Assembly: GCA_963791045.1 (NCBI GenBank)
Contig: CAWBQK010000017.1
Location: 64,001-128,000, forward strand
Origin: Candidatus Latescibacterota bacterium
GTDB taxonomy: Bacteria > Krumholzibacteriota > Krumholzibacteriia > WVZY01
Length of the DNA: 64,000 bases
Direction: 5' to 3'
Below are positions 49,974 through 60,090 of the stretch, one piece after another. Under the pieces are notes generated by a model, which ran no database searches, had not been told where the DNA came from, and saw nothing but the letters and a program-made list of their open reading frames with translations. The position numbers and the translations under genes are program-made. Position 1 is the stretch's first letter. The number at the start of each line of letters is the position of its first letter.

Positions 49974-51113
49974 CTATTCGTAACGAAACGCCTTCGAGGC
50001 CAGCACAAGAAGAATCACGGCCGCGAACGCCATTCCCAGGACGTGCGGAAGCACGTCCTGAGGGGGTGCGGCGAAACTGATGATCTTGTGGAGGGCGTCC
50101 ATCGCCCAGCCTGTCGGGAGAAAGAGCTGTATTCTTTGCATCCACGCAGGTGTCACTTCGATCGGCCACCAGCAGCCGCCGAGTGCCGCGAGAATATTCG
50201 CCGATACCACGCCGATCGCCGCCGCCTGACCCTCCGTTCTCGCCAGGCTGCCGAGAAGCATCCCGATCGACGCCATCAAGGCTCCGTAAACGATCATCAC
50301 GGCAATAACGACGGCCAGGTTTGGGCCCCAATCCATTTTGAAAAGAACCGTGCCCGAAATCATCGCGAAGGCTATCTGCACGAGGCCCAGGGTCCACTTT
50401 CCACCCCATTTGCCCACGGTCACGCCAAGGCGTGTGATCGGCGTGTATGCCAGGCGTCGAAGGAGCCCCTGGCGCCTTTCGGTGACCAGCAGGATCGCAC
50501 CGCTCGTTACCATGACCAGAAGCGTGAACATAACCATCATCCCAGGAATTGCCTGTTCAAAACCCGATGGGATCGTTTTTCTTCTTCCGGCCGGTTTGAT
50601 ATCGAGCGTAACCGTGCGGGGAAGTTTGTTGAGTTGTTCGATGTTTTCCAATGTCGGTGAGCCAAAATTCTGAGACGTAACGATTATGTCGGCGAGAATT
50701 GTGTAGATCGCGCGTTTAATTCGAATGGAATCATAGTCGAATCCAACACCGCCGGCGGCGCGGGCGAATTCAATCTTGACGGGTGTTCCGACGAGTACCG
50801 AATCCGTAAATCCTGAAGGGATCGATATACGGCGTCCATATGCCGCGAACAGCGAGTCACTCTCGGGGTAAACGATTTTATATCCGCGGTCAGCCAGGCG
50901 GCGCGAGAGCTGATCGGCGAGGAATCCGGAATTTTCCCCGGATTGGATCGCGAGTGTCTCGGTGCTGGATCTGGGGGGGGAGTACCCGCCGGTGATTTTC
51001 CCAATGAAAAAGAAAAACACAATTGGCATCACAAACACCCAGATAATCGTCTCCTTTGCACGGAGCATATACTTGAGATCTTTGCGTGCGATGAACAGGG
51101 CGTCTTTCAGCAT
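49974..51113 (-). CDS. ABC-2 type transporter permease
   Basis: N-terminal TM, extracytoplasmic loop, ERRQGLLRRL and LGGCWWP. Confidence 0.88.
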   Translation of the reverse strand: MLKDALFIARKDLKYMLRAKETIIWVFVMPIVFFFFIGKITGGYSPPRSSTETLAIQSGENSGFLADQLSRRLADRGYKIVYPESDSLFAAYGRRISIPSGFTDSVLVGTPVKIEFARAAGGVGFDYDSIRIKRAIYTILADIIVTSQNFGSPTLENIEQLNKLPRTVTLDIKPAGRRKTIPSGFEQAIPGMMVMFTLLVMVTSGAILLVTERRQGLLRRLAYTPITRLGVTVGKWGGKWTLGLVQIAFAMISGTVLFKMDWGPNLAVVIAVMIVYGALMASIGMLLGSLARTEGQAAAIGVVSANILAALGGCWWPIEVTPAWMQRIQLFLPTGWAMDALHKIISFAAPPQDVLPHVLGMAFAAVILLVLASKAFRYE

Positions 51114-51117
51114 TGCC

Positions 51118-52365
51118 TCATCCTTGCGCAAATCCGCGCCGCAAACGCTGAGCGCAAACGGCGAATAGAACCGCCACCATCGACAACAGGGCGGCAAAAA
51201 CAATCAACAACGTCATCGGATCCGTCCGCTGGAGGATAATATTCTTAAGCTGCTGAAGCGCCCACCCGTTTGGCGTGAGTTTGCCTATCGCCGCCATCCA
51301 GTCGGGCATGGCCTCGAACGGAAAGAAACTCCCTCCGATCATCATTAACGGGAACATGACGGCCATGGTGAAAATATTGCCCGCCCGCCTTGTTGAACAA
51401 AACAACTGAAGGGTTGTCATGAGTGTCATCAGCATGGTCCCCGAAAATGTCGCCCACACGAGCGCGAGAGGGAGCGAAACGGGGTTGACGCCGATGTACG
51501 TATACCCGATCCCGAGCGCGACGAGTGCGACAACGAAGAAGAGCCCCGCCGCCCCCAACAGTTTGCCCGCCAGAAACAGCGCGACCGGCTGAGGTGAGCA
51601 CACAATGCGTCTGAGGGTGTGTTGCGTCCGTTCGGTCCAGATATCCTCGCTCAACCCCTGGGCCATGAACAACAGGGCCATGAACATGATCGTTGAAATC
51701 AGCAAAAACGCCAGGGGAGGATCGTCGTCACCGCCTTGTTCGGTCTTATCGGTGGATGTTTCGAGCTGAATCAAAAGCGGCGATAAATAAGAGTCGAGAC
51801 CGCCCATCAGAGTATTGATCTTTATGCCCAGCGCGGAGATATCCGAGTTGGGGAATGTGGATGCGCCAACGGGAGGTCCTAGTGCGATTGTTTTTAGTTC
51901 GTCACCGATCATCCGATGTAAATAAAATGTTCCGTCGGCCAACATGCTCAGGCCTTCCTCGACGATGCCGGGAAGAAACCTCTGTGATGGATTTGTAACG
52001 AGTTGAAGCGTGGTTGCTTGTTCCTGGAGAAAGGCGTCGCCAAAACCGTCGGGGATTATTATGAGCGCGGTGGCATCCCCATTATCCATTCGCCGCCGGC
52101 CGTCTTCGCTTTGGACTTCCTCGGCCACAATCATCCCATCCTCGACCCTCTGCTGCATCGCTCCCATGAGCAGGGCGCTGACAAAACTCGCGTCCTCGTC
52201 CGCGACAAGGAGATGAATTTGAGGTTTGGGTCCTCCCTCGCCGCCAAACGCCAAAACGATAAGGAGGCCGATAACAAGAGGAATGCCGATCCACATGAGG
52301 AGCTCCAGCGGGTTCCTGCGATGGCTCCGCCAGTCCTTCATTGCCGTGACCCAGGCAAATCTCAT
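51118..52365 (-). CDS. ABC-2 type transporter permease
   Basis: ERTQHTLRRI and IGGSFFPFEAMPDWM, six TM helices. Confidence 0.88.
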   Translation of the reverse strand: MRFAWVTAMKDWRSHRRNPLELLMWIGIPLVIGLLIVLAFGGEGGPKPQIHLLVADEDASFVSALLMGAMQQRVEDGMIVAEEVQSEDGRRRMDNGDATALIIIPDGFGDAFLQEQATTLQLVTNPSQRFLPGIVEEGLSMLADGTFYLHRMIGDELKTIALGPPVGASTFPNSDISALGIKINTLMGGLDSYLSPLLIQLETSTDKTEQGGDDDPPLAFLLISTIMFMALLFMAQGLSEDIWTERTQHTLRRIVCSPQPVALFLAGKLLGAAGLFFVVALVALGIGYTYIGVNPVSLPLALVWATFSGTMLMTLMTTLQLFCSTRRAGNIFTMAVMFPLMMIGGSFFPFEAMPDWMAAIGKLTPNGWALQQLKNIILQRTDPMTLLIVFAALLSMVAVLFAVCAQRLRRGFAQG

Positions 52366-52398
52366 TGATCGTCTCCACGGGCGTTGAGATAGCTCATA

Positions 52399-53328
52399 CT
52401 ACTCCCGAAGTTCCTTGCCGGTGAGCTTGATGAAAAGGCTCTCGAGGCTTGGCTGGGTCAGCGTGGTATCGCGGACGGTAAAACCGGCGTTTGTCAGCCC
52501 CTCGAGTACCTGTGAGAGTTTCTCGGAACCACGCGGTGTCGCCAGGGTGATTATTGTATCTTCGGATTGGACGATTTCGATGTCATCGACACTTCGCAAC
52601 GCCTCACCCACACGGGCCGGTTCGAATGCTCCGGTGACGCGCAGCACATCCCGTTCGCCGAGGATCGCCCGCAGTTCGCTCAGTGTTCCTTCGGCAATAA
52701 TCTTGCCGTGGTCGATGATCGCCAGGTTGTCACAGAGGTTCTGGGCTTCCTCCATATAGTGCGTTGTGTAAAGAACGGTTGCTCCGCGTTCCGCGAGCGC
52801 GCGGACGAGGTCGAGCAGGTGAACGCGGCTTTGGGGATCGACTCCGACAGTGGGTTCATCGAGGAGGAGAACATCCGGAGTGTGGACGACTCCGCAAGCG
52901 AAGTTCAATCGGCGCTTGAGGCCGCCGCTCAAGGTTCCGGCCCTAGAACCGGCCCTGTCGATAAGTCCGGTGATTTCGAGCGCGTCGTCCGTTTTCTTCT
53001 TCAACTCGGCGCCCCGGAGCCCGTATGCGGCGCCCCAGTACATTATGTTCTCTCGAGCGGAAAGGTCCTCGTAGAGGGCGAGTTCCTGCGGCACAACTCC
53101 AACATTGCGGCGCGATGCGGGCCCCTCGGTTACGACGTTGTATCCGAGAACACGCACGGATCCGGCGCCCGGTTTGATGAGTCCGGATATGCAGCCGATG
53201 GTTGTGGATTTGCCCGCTCCGTTTGGTCCGAGCAGGCCAAATACGGCGCCAGGGTGTGCGGTAAAACTCACGTCGTCGACGGCAAGTATTTCTCCGTACT
53301 GTTTTCGGAGTCCGTTGACCTCGATCAA
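52399..53328 (-). CDS. ABC transporter ATP-binding protein
   Basis: GPNGAGKST, LSGG, LLLDEPT and TTHYMEEA. TTG start at 53328 after GGAGG. Confidence 0.93.
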   Translation of the reverse strand: MIEVNGLRKQYGEILAVDDVSFTAHPGAVFGLLGPNGAGKSTTIGCISGLIKPGAGSVRVLGYNVVTEGPASRRNVGVVPQELALYEDLSARENIMYWGAAYGLRGAELKKKTDDALEITGLIDRAGSRAGTLSGGLKRRLNFACGVVHTPDVLLLDEPTVGVDPQSRVHLLDLVRALAERGATVLYTTHYMEEAQNLCDNLAIIDHGKIIAEGTLSELRAILGERDVLRVTGAFEPARVGEALRSVDDIEIVQSEDTIITLATPRGSEKLSQVLEGLTNAGFTVRDTTLTQPSLESLFIKLTGKELRE

Positions 53329-53557
53329 ATGAATCCTCCAGAAAATTGGGGTTGCACGCTCGTCAAGAGCGCCCGTGAATCTAACACGTTCCGGGGATGA
53401 TCGCAATCCGAGGAATTGGTCCCACGGGCCGAGAATGGGGTGTTATTGGGGCGAAGTCATTGCCGTATGGCAGCAAGCTGTGGTAGCATGCGTTATTACA
53501 CAAGGAAGCGGAGTGACCCGCTAAAAAAACGGCTTTTTCAACAGGGAAATAGAAACC

Positions 53558-55313
53558 GTGAACAATAACGACGACACTTCGAAATTGGGGAATGACGGGG
53601 GACTTCCGGAAAACGAAAAAAGCGATTCGTCCCCGGGTCTTGATTTCATTCGCACTCGTATCGTTGAAGACAATACGACGGGTAAGCACAAGGGCCGCGT
53701 ACATACGAGGTTTCCGCCGGAGCCCAATGGGTATTTCCACATCGGGCATGCGAAATCGATTTGTCTGAATTTCGGACTCGCCCAGGAGTTCAACGGACTT
53801 TGCAATCTTCGCATGGATGATACGGATCCGAGCAAAGAGAGCATGGAGTATGTCGAGTCGATAAAGACGGATATTCGGTGGCTCGGGTTCGATTGGGAGG
53901 ATCGGATGTATTTTGCGTCGGATTATTTCGATCAGCTTTACGAATGGGCGATAAAGCTCATCAAGGACGGCAAGGCGTACGTGTGCAGCCTCAGACGACG
54001 AAGAGATTCGTAAGTACAGGGGGACGGTAACCGAGCCGGGTAAGCCAAGTCCCTACCGAGACCGCCCGGTCGAGGAGAATCTGGATCTTTTCAACGAGAT
54101 GAAGAACGGGGAGTTTGAAGACGGCGAGCGAGTGCTCCGGGCCAAGATCGACATGGCGTCGCCGAATATGAAGATGCGCGACCCGCTCATGTACCGGATA
54201 CGGCACATGAGTCATTACCGGACGGGTGACAAATGGTGTATCTATCCGATGTACGATTTTACGCACGGTCAGTCGGATTCGATCGAAAGCATCACCCACT
54301 CGATTTGCACGCTCGAGTTTGAAAACAACCGCGCGCTTTACGACTGGTTCCTCGATGAACTGGACATCTTCCATCCGCAGCAGATCGAGTTTGCCCGGCT
54401 CAACCTGAGCCACACGGTGATGAGCAAGCGACGGCTTCTGGAACTGGTCGAAGAGGGGCGGGTCATCTGGGTGGGACGATCCGCGGATGCCGACGATTTC
54501 GGGGCTGCGCCGACGCGGATACAGCCCGGAGGCGATCCGTGCGTTTTGTGACCGCATCGGTGTGGCCAAAGTGCGAAGCACGGTTGACATCGCTCTTCTC
54601 GAGCATTGTCTTCGCGAGGATCTGAACAGGCGGGCCACGCGGGTTATGGCGGTGCTGCGATCCGCTTCGTGTGGTGATCGAGAACTACCCGGAAGATCAG
54701 GTCGAGGAACTCGATGCGATCAACAACCCGGAGGATCCGAACGCGGGGACGCGGAAGATTCCGTTCTCGCGGGTGATCTACATCGAGCGTGATGATTTTC
54801 AGCGAGGATCCGCCGAAGAAATTTTTCCGGCTGGCGCCCGGGCGCGAGGTGCGGCTCAAGCTACGCGTACTTCATCACCTGCAAGGAGGTGATCAAGGAC
54901 GAACGACGGGCGAAATCGTCGAGCTTCGGTGCACGTACGATCCCGAGACCAAGAGCGGGTCGGCGCCCGACGGGCGCAAGGTGAAGGGGACACTCCACTG
55001 GGTATCCGCCGAGCACGCGATCGATGCCGAGGTGCGGTTGTACGAACCGTTGTTCGACTCGGCGAATCCGTTGGCCGAAGGCGGAGAGGATTACAAGAGA
55101 CTTATCAACCCCAACTCTCTTGAGGTTCTAAGCGGTTGCAAAGTCGAATCGAGTCTGCGTGACGCAGCGCCGGGCGATTACTATCAGTTCTTACGTCAGG
55201 GATACTTCTCGATCGACCCGGTCGATTCGGGCCCGGATGGCCTGGTGTTCAATCGGTCTGTTGGGTTGCGGGATTCGTGGGCCAAAATCGAGAAATCACA
55301 GAAAAAACCATAG
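53558..55313 (+). CDS. glnS: Glutamine--tRNA ligase, several frameshifts
   Basis: [70 protein letters not shown] and QFLRQGYF across frames. Confidence 0.93.
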
Positions 55314-55322
55314 AGGCAAATT

Positions 55323-55899
55323 ATGTCCCGTGTAATAAGCTCGTGTTTGAAGTGGGCCACCCTCACGGCGTTTTGTGTTTTCGTTTTCGGGGTGACGGGG
55401 TGCGGCGGTGGAAGCGAAACCGTTGGCGACGCGGATATAGAGCGGGCTCGAGAGGCGTTAAAGCCCTTCAAGGGGGAACTCAAGGCTGCCCTCAAGGAAG
55501 GCCTGCAGGAGGGACCGGAAAACGCGATATGGGTGTGCCGTGATAAAGCGCCTGAGATCGCCGCGGGGTTGAAGCACTGACGGGATAGAAGTAGGGTCGG
55601 ACGAGCCACCGGGTAAGGAACCCCGAAAATGCTCCGGAGCCGTGGATGGAGCCTCGCTCCTCGCCGAATACGTCAGGCTTGGAGACGACCGGACGCACCG
55701 TGCCGTGCGTTTGGAGGACGGATCGATCGGGTACGTCGAGCCCATTTACGTCCAGCCGCTCTGTCTCAAGTGCCATGGTGACGATATCCCGGCGCCCGTT
55801 CAGGCCAAGGTCACGGAACTGTACCCGACGGACGCCGCAACGGGGTTTGCGTCGGGGGATTTTCGCGGTCTTTTTTGGGTGCGAATATCAGACCAGTAG
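55323..55899 (+). CDS. DUF3365 / Tll0287-like monoheme c-type cytochrome lipoprotein (frameshifted)
   Basis: Lipobox; AIWVC, GRTSHRVRNPENAP (in an intermediate frame), CLKCHG and YPTDAATGFASGDFRG. Confidence 0.8.
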
Positions 55900-55971
55900 T
55901 CGCCGCACGTGGCGATGTGTCGCATCGCGCGGGTGGCAAAGTCGTCAGGGAGGGGTGACCACGAGAAGGTT

Positions 55972-56973
55972 ATGAGCAGGAACCCAATTCGATGGATCGC
56001 CGCCGCAAGTGTATTTCTCGTTGGCGCATTCTTTTTTTTCTACGCAATCATGCCCTTGTCTCAACACCCGACTCCGTCCTCGATCCCGCCCTTTCCCGAA
56101 AACGCGGCCCTTCGAGCGAACCTCGTAGGCCATGTTGGAGTTCTCGCTGCCGATATAGGTGAAAGAAACATCTGGCGCCCCGCCGCGCTTGCGGATGCGG
56201 CCAAATATATCAGAGATGGTTTTCGATCTATGGGCTTTGCCGTCGCCTCGCAGTCATACGACACGGAAGGCGTGACTGTCGAAAATCTTGAAATTGAAAT
56301 TGAGGGGAAGGGAAGACCCGACGAGATTGTGATTCTAGGGGCGCACTACGATTCAGTTGTTGATTGCCCCGGAGCGAACGACAACGGAACCGGTGTTGCG
56401 GCGCTGATGGAAATCGCGCGATGGGCTGTGGCGCTTCGGCCGGAAAGAACCCTGCGTTTGGTCGCTTTTGTCAACGAAGAGCCGCCGTTTTTTCAGACGG
56501 ACCAGATGGGCAGCCGCGTGTACGCGAGACGTTGCCGGGAGCGCGGCGAAAATGTCGTGGCGATGCTTTCGCTCGAAACCATCGGTTACTACACGGATGA
56601 AGAAAAAAGCCAGGATTATCCCTTTCCTATGAATCTGTTTTATCCGAGCGAAGGAAACTTTGTTGGGTTCGTGGGAAATGTGTCTTCGAGGGGGCTGGTT
56701 CGCAAGGCCAAGGCTTATTTCAAAAAGCACTCGTCGTTTCCGTGTGAGGCGGGGGCTGTGCCGGGAGCGATTCCCGGGGTGGGTTGGTCGGATCACTGGT
56801 CGTTCTGGGAGGAAGGTTATCAGGCCGCCATGGTGACCGACACGGCGCTCTTCCGATACGACGAGTACCATACCCGCGCGGACACGCCGGACAGGATAGA
56901 GTTTGATGGATTCACCCGGGTGGTCAAAGGTCTGATGGGCGTAACCGCTGAGCTGGTAGGCGGAGGAGAATAG
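55972..56973 (+). CDS. M28 family metallopeptidase
   Basis: GAHYDS, PGANDNGTG, NEEPP and WSDHWSF. Confidence 0.9.
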   Translation: MSRNPIRWIAAASVFLVGAFFFFYAIMPLSQHPTPSSIPPFPENAALRANLVGHVGVLAADIGERNIWRPAALADAAKYIRDGFRSMGFAVASQSYDTEGVTVENLEIEIEGKGRPDEIVILGAHYDSVVDCPGANDNGTGVAALMEIARWAVALRPERTLRLVAFVNEEPPFFQTDQMGSRVYARRCRERGENVVAMLSLETIGYYTDEEKSQDYPFPMNLFYPSEGNFVGFVGNVSSRGLVRKAKAYFKKHSSFPCEAGAVPGAIPGVGWSDHWSFWEEGYQAAMVTDTALFRYDEYHTRADTPDRIEFDGFTRVVKGLMGVTAELVGGGE

Positions 56974-56996
56974 CTTCGTGTGACGAGATTGCCGGC

Positions 56997-57908
56997 CTAT
57001 TCTTCCGAAGGCACGAATACGCTCAGCGCCTGGGGAACCGACTTGATCTCGATACTCGTTTCTTCCATCGTGAATACCTCGCCGTCGACTTCATACCGGA
57101 CCGGTTCCTCGCATGTCACCGTAAATCTGGATGACTGGGAAATCCCGACCTTCTCATGTCCGCGGTGCTTGCCCTTCGCAACCCTGGAGAAGAGTCGCAC
57201 GCGATTTATGGGACCGACATTGTAGATCGAAACCGCGTCGAGCATGCCGTCGTCGAGGCGGGCGTCGGGAGCAATGTGGAAAGAGCCGCCGAAGAAGTTA
57301 CCGTTGGATATTGTGAGCATCAGATGGGCCTGTTTGGTTTTCCGCCCGTCGCTGTCTGTCAGTTCGATCGGTATGCCACGAAACTTGAATAGCTGCCTCA
57401 GCGCGCAGAACTGGTAGAGCGCGTCACCCTGCAGAACGGGGAAATGCTCGGCGTCATCGATGACGGCGATGTCGAATCCAAACCCCACGACGTTGAGGAA
57501 ATACCTGTCGCCTACGCGTCCGACGTCGATCGTACGGCGCCGTCCGTCCGCGATTCCTTTTATAACCGCTTCCACACGGTCAGCGCGAACTCCAATTGAT
57601 TTTCCGAAATCGTTGCCCGTGCCGGCGGGGAGGAGCCCGAGGGTGACGTCGTGTCGCCCGGCGCGGGCAATGCGGTCCGAAACGCTGCTCCACGTTCCGT
57701 CACCGCCGACGGCTACGATTGCCGGGTAGCCGGCGTCCAACGCGCGATCGGTCAATTCAGCTTCGTCTCCGGGATGTGTGGTGACGACATGATCGTAATT
57801 ACCGAGATAACGGTCGAGAAGCGGTCGGTATATATCGATGAGTTTGCGGCCGCGGCCGCGACCGGCGGATGGATTGAAGATCACATAGTGGGAACGAGCC
57901 GATGGCAT
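56997..57908 (-). CDS. Diacylglycerol/sphingosine/ceramide kinase family lipid kinase
   Basis: NPSAG, GGDGT, PAGTGNDF, FFGGSF and VDGE motifs. Confidence 0.92.
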   Translation of the reverse strand: MPSARSHYVIFNPSAGRGRGRKLIDIYRPLLDRYLGNYDHVVTTHPGDEAELTDRALDAGYPAIVAVGGDGTWSSVSDRIARAGRHDVTLGLLPAGTGNDFGKSIGVRADRVEAVIKGIADGRRRTIDVGRVGDRYFLNVVGFGFDIAVIDDAEHFPVLQGDALYQFCALRQLFKFRGIPIELTDSDGRKTKQAHLMLTISNGNFFGGSFHIAPDARLDDGMLDAVSIYNVGPINRVRLFSRVAKGKHRGHEKVGISQSSRFTVTCEEPVRYEVDGEVFTMEETSIEIKSVPQALSVFVPSEE

Positions 57909-57944
57909 CGGTTGGATATTTGAGGTTGGGGTTTAAGGTTGCCG

Positions 57945-58607
57945 TCAGATGGGTTCGAGTTCTTCGAACGTTTGAACGCCGTCCTTCATCCACATTTCTC
58001 TGAATGGATACGTTGCGATTTCATCGATGCGGAGCTTCTCGCACATCGGATGGTCGTGAAGGATTAGCTCGCCGGTTTCCTCTTCGTGCTGGGAGAACTT
58101 GCCGTCGAAATAAACGTTAACTTTGAACTGCTCCGACTCGCTATTCATGAAAGACTGGTAGAGTTCGTGGGTGTCGACCCATGTGTGCTCGCTGATTTTA
58201 ATCTCGACGATCGGGTTGTCGTTTTCGTGGACGCGGACGGACAGGCGTCCTTCGGCGTTTTTGAAGTCGACGGCGATGTCCTTCATGTAATGGGGCAGAT
58301 GCCAGCGCTCGATCGCGTGCTCGCGCGCGGCTTCGGTGCTGGTCGCAACAAGAAATGGATAAAATGCCGATTTTGGCAGCTGCTCACCCGATTTGACCAC
58401 GGGTGGGACGATAACGGCAAGGACGACTTCGGTGTAGGGGCCGACCATGCTTTCATTGAAATCAAACGCGGTGACGGCGAAGACACCCTGTCCGTGACGT
58501 ATCTCCATCGGGTGGAGATGAGGCGGAAGCAACTCCCGCGCGTTATCACTGGGCATTGCGAAGAAAGCATTGGCCGCGATTTTAAAACCGTATTTTGTCA
58601 GTGGCAT
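57945..58607 (-). CDS. Acetoacetate decarboxylase-like (ADC superfamily) protein
   Basis: ARELLPPHLHP, SMVGPYTEV and AIERWHLP pattern of the ADC fold. Confidence 0.6.
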   Translation of the reverse strand: MPLTKYGFKIAANAFFAMPSDNARELLPPHLHPMEIRHGQGVFAVTAFDFNESMVGPYTEVVLAVIVPPVVKSGEQLPKSAFYPFLVATSTEAAREHAIERWHLPHYMKDIAVDFKNAEGRLSVRVHENDNPIVEIKISEHTWVDTHELYQSFMNSESEQFKVNVYFDGKFSQHEEETGELILHDHPMCEKLRIDEIATYPFREMWMKDGVQTFEELEPI

Positions 58608-59968
58608 AGTCCGTATCTCTCCAGGACACGTTTGATGATATCGGCGCCTTCGGCCAGATCTTCTTTGGAATGGCCGGCCGTGACGGAGATCCGGAAGCGT
58701 GACCGGTGCTTGCCGACGGCGGGGTAACGAACGGGGTTGAGGTAGACGCCTTCGTGAATAATGTCTTCCGCTATTTTGAAGATCCTGTCATCGTCACGCA
58801 CCATGATCGGGATGACTTGTGACTCGGAGTCCCCGATATCGACACCCGCTTTACGCAGGCGATCCTGCATGAACGCGACGTTGTCCCACAATTTGGTTCT
58901 GAGTTCGGGTTCGTTCTGAACGATTTCAAGGGCCTTAAGTATGCCGGCCGTGACGCCGGGCGGGAGCGCGCAAGAGAACACTCTGGAGCGGGCAAATCCC
59001 TTCAGATATGTGATGAGGGTCTCGGATCCGGCCACGAATCCGCCGATGCCGCCAAGAGTCTTCGAGAACGTGCCGAAGTGGATATCCACCTCGTCGTCCA
59101 GACCGAAGTGCTCGGCCACTCCTCGACCGTTCTTGCCAAAGAGAAACGTCGAATGGGCTTCGTCGATCATAATGCGGGCGCCGTGACGTTTGCATACTTC
59201 CACGATCTCGGGAAGTTTTGCGAGGTCGCCGTCCATCGAGTAGACACCCTCGACGATTACGAGCTTTTTACCCTTGAAACCTTTGAGCTTGCGATCAAGA
59301 TCGCCGACGCTGTTGTGTCGGAAGTAACGCACGCTGGCTTTCGACAAAATGATGCCGTCGATGATGCTGGCATGCGCGTACTGATCGGTGACGACGAGGT
59401 CGCCGGATCGCATGAGACCGGATATGACACCGAGGTTGGCGCTGTAGCCCGAAGGGAAAAGCAATGCATGTTGTTTGTTTTTGAAAACTGCGATTTTGTG
59501 GGCGAGTTCGTCATGAAGATCTATCGTGCCGCTTAGAATCGGGGAACCGGAGGCCCCGGAGCCGTATTTCCGCGTGGCTTCGATTATCGCCTCAATGATC
59601 TCGGGCCGGTAGGACAGGCCCAGGTAATTGTATGAGGCAAGATTGATCCGGTTTTTCAGTTCCTTGTTGGTTTTCGTCTCGACAATATCGATCCGTGTAC
59701 CGGGGCCGGTCTTCATGGGAAGGCCGAAAAGGTAATATCCGGCCGGTCGGGCATCCTTGAACCATTCTTCGAAAGGCTCGAAGATATCGAAGACATCATC
59801 GCCGGCGCCCCAAAAGAAGTTACTGTAATCGTAGTCGAGCGTACTGTCGGTGGTATGGGCATCCACTGGCGCGTTTGTCTCAGCGGCCGATTCCTGGGTG
59901 TCGGCGGCTTTATCCGCGGCTGCCTCATCGGCGGCTCGTTTTTGTGCTTGTTGTCTTGACGAATCCAC
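58598..59968 (-). CDS. PLP-dependent alpha-oxoamine synthase, serine palmitoyltransferase-like
   Basis: NLASYNYLG, SGYSAN, HASIIDG, EGVYSMDGD, DEAHS and the PLP-Lys motif GTFSKTLG. Lipid-gene context. Confidence 0.8.
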   Translation of the reverse strand: MDSSRQQAQKRAADEAAADKAADTQESAAETNAPVDAHTTDSTLDYDYSNFFWGAGDDVFDIFEPFEEWFKDARPAGYYLFGLPMKTGPGTRIDIVETKTNKELKNRINLASYNYLGLSYRPEIIEAIIEATRKYGSGASGSPILSGTIDLHDELAHKIAVFKNKQHALLFPSGYSANLGVISGLMRSGDLVVTDQYAHASIIDGIILSKASVRYFRHNSVGDLDRKLKGFKGKKLVIVEGVYSMDGDLAKLPEIVEVCKRHGARIMIDEAHSTFLFGKNGRGVAEHFGLDDEVDIHFGTFSKTLGGIGGFVAGSETLITYLKGFARSRVFSCALPPGVTAGILKALEIVQNEPELRTKLWDNVAFMQDRLRKAGVDIGDSESQVIPIMVRDDDRIFKIAEDIIHEGVYLNPVRYPAVGKHRSRFRISVTAGHSKEDLAEGADIIKRVLERYGLCH

Positions 59969-60090
59969 GTTACTCGGTTTAGGTTAAGGGTGTTACTCCA
60001 CTTTGTGCCAATAATCTGTGAATGTCAAGAGTCGAAAAGGCACGGCTTCGGCCAGCACATTGATAACATAACGGGATTCCGGAGGAAAGC

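Noticed and set aside
55578-55580. TGA ending the 85-aa ORF 55323-55580 as a possible Sec codon
   Set aside because: The conserved DUF3365 sequence (STDGIEVGRTSHRVRNPENAP) continues in another frame, so this is a frameshift rather than readthrough.
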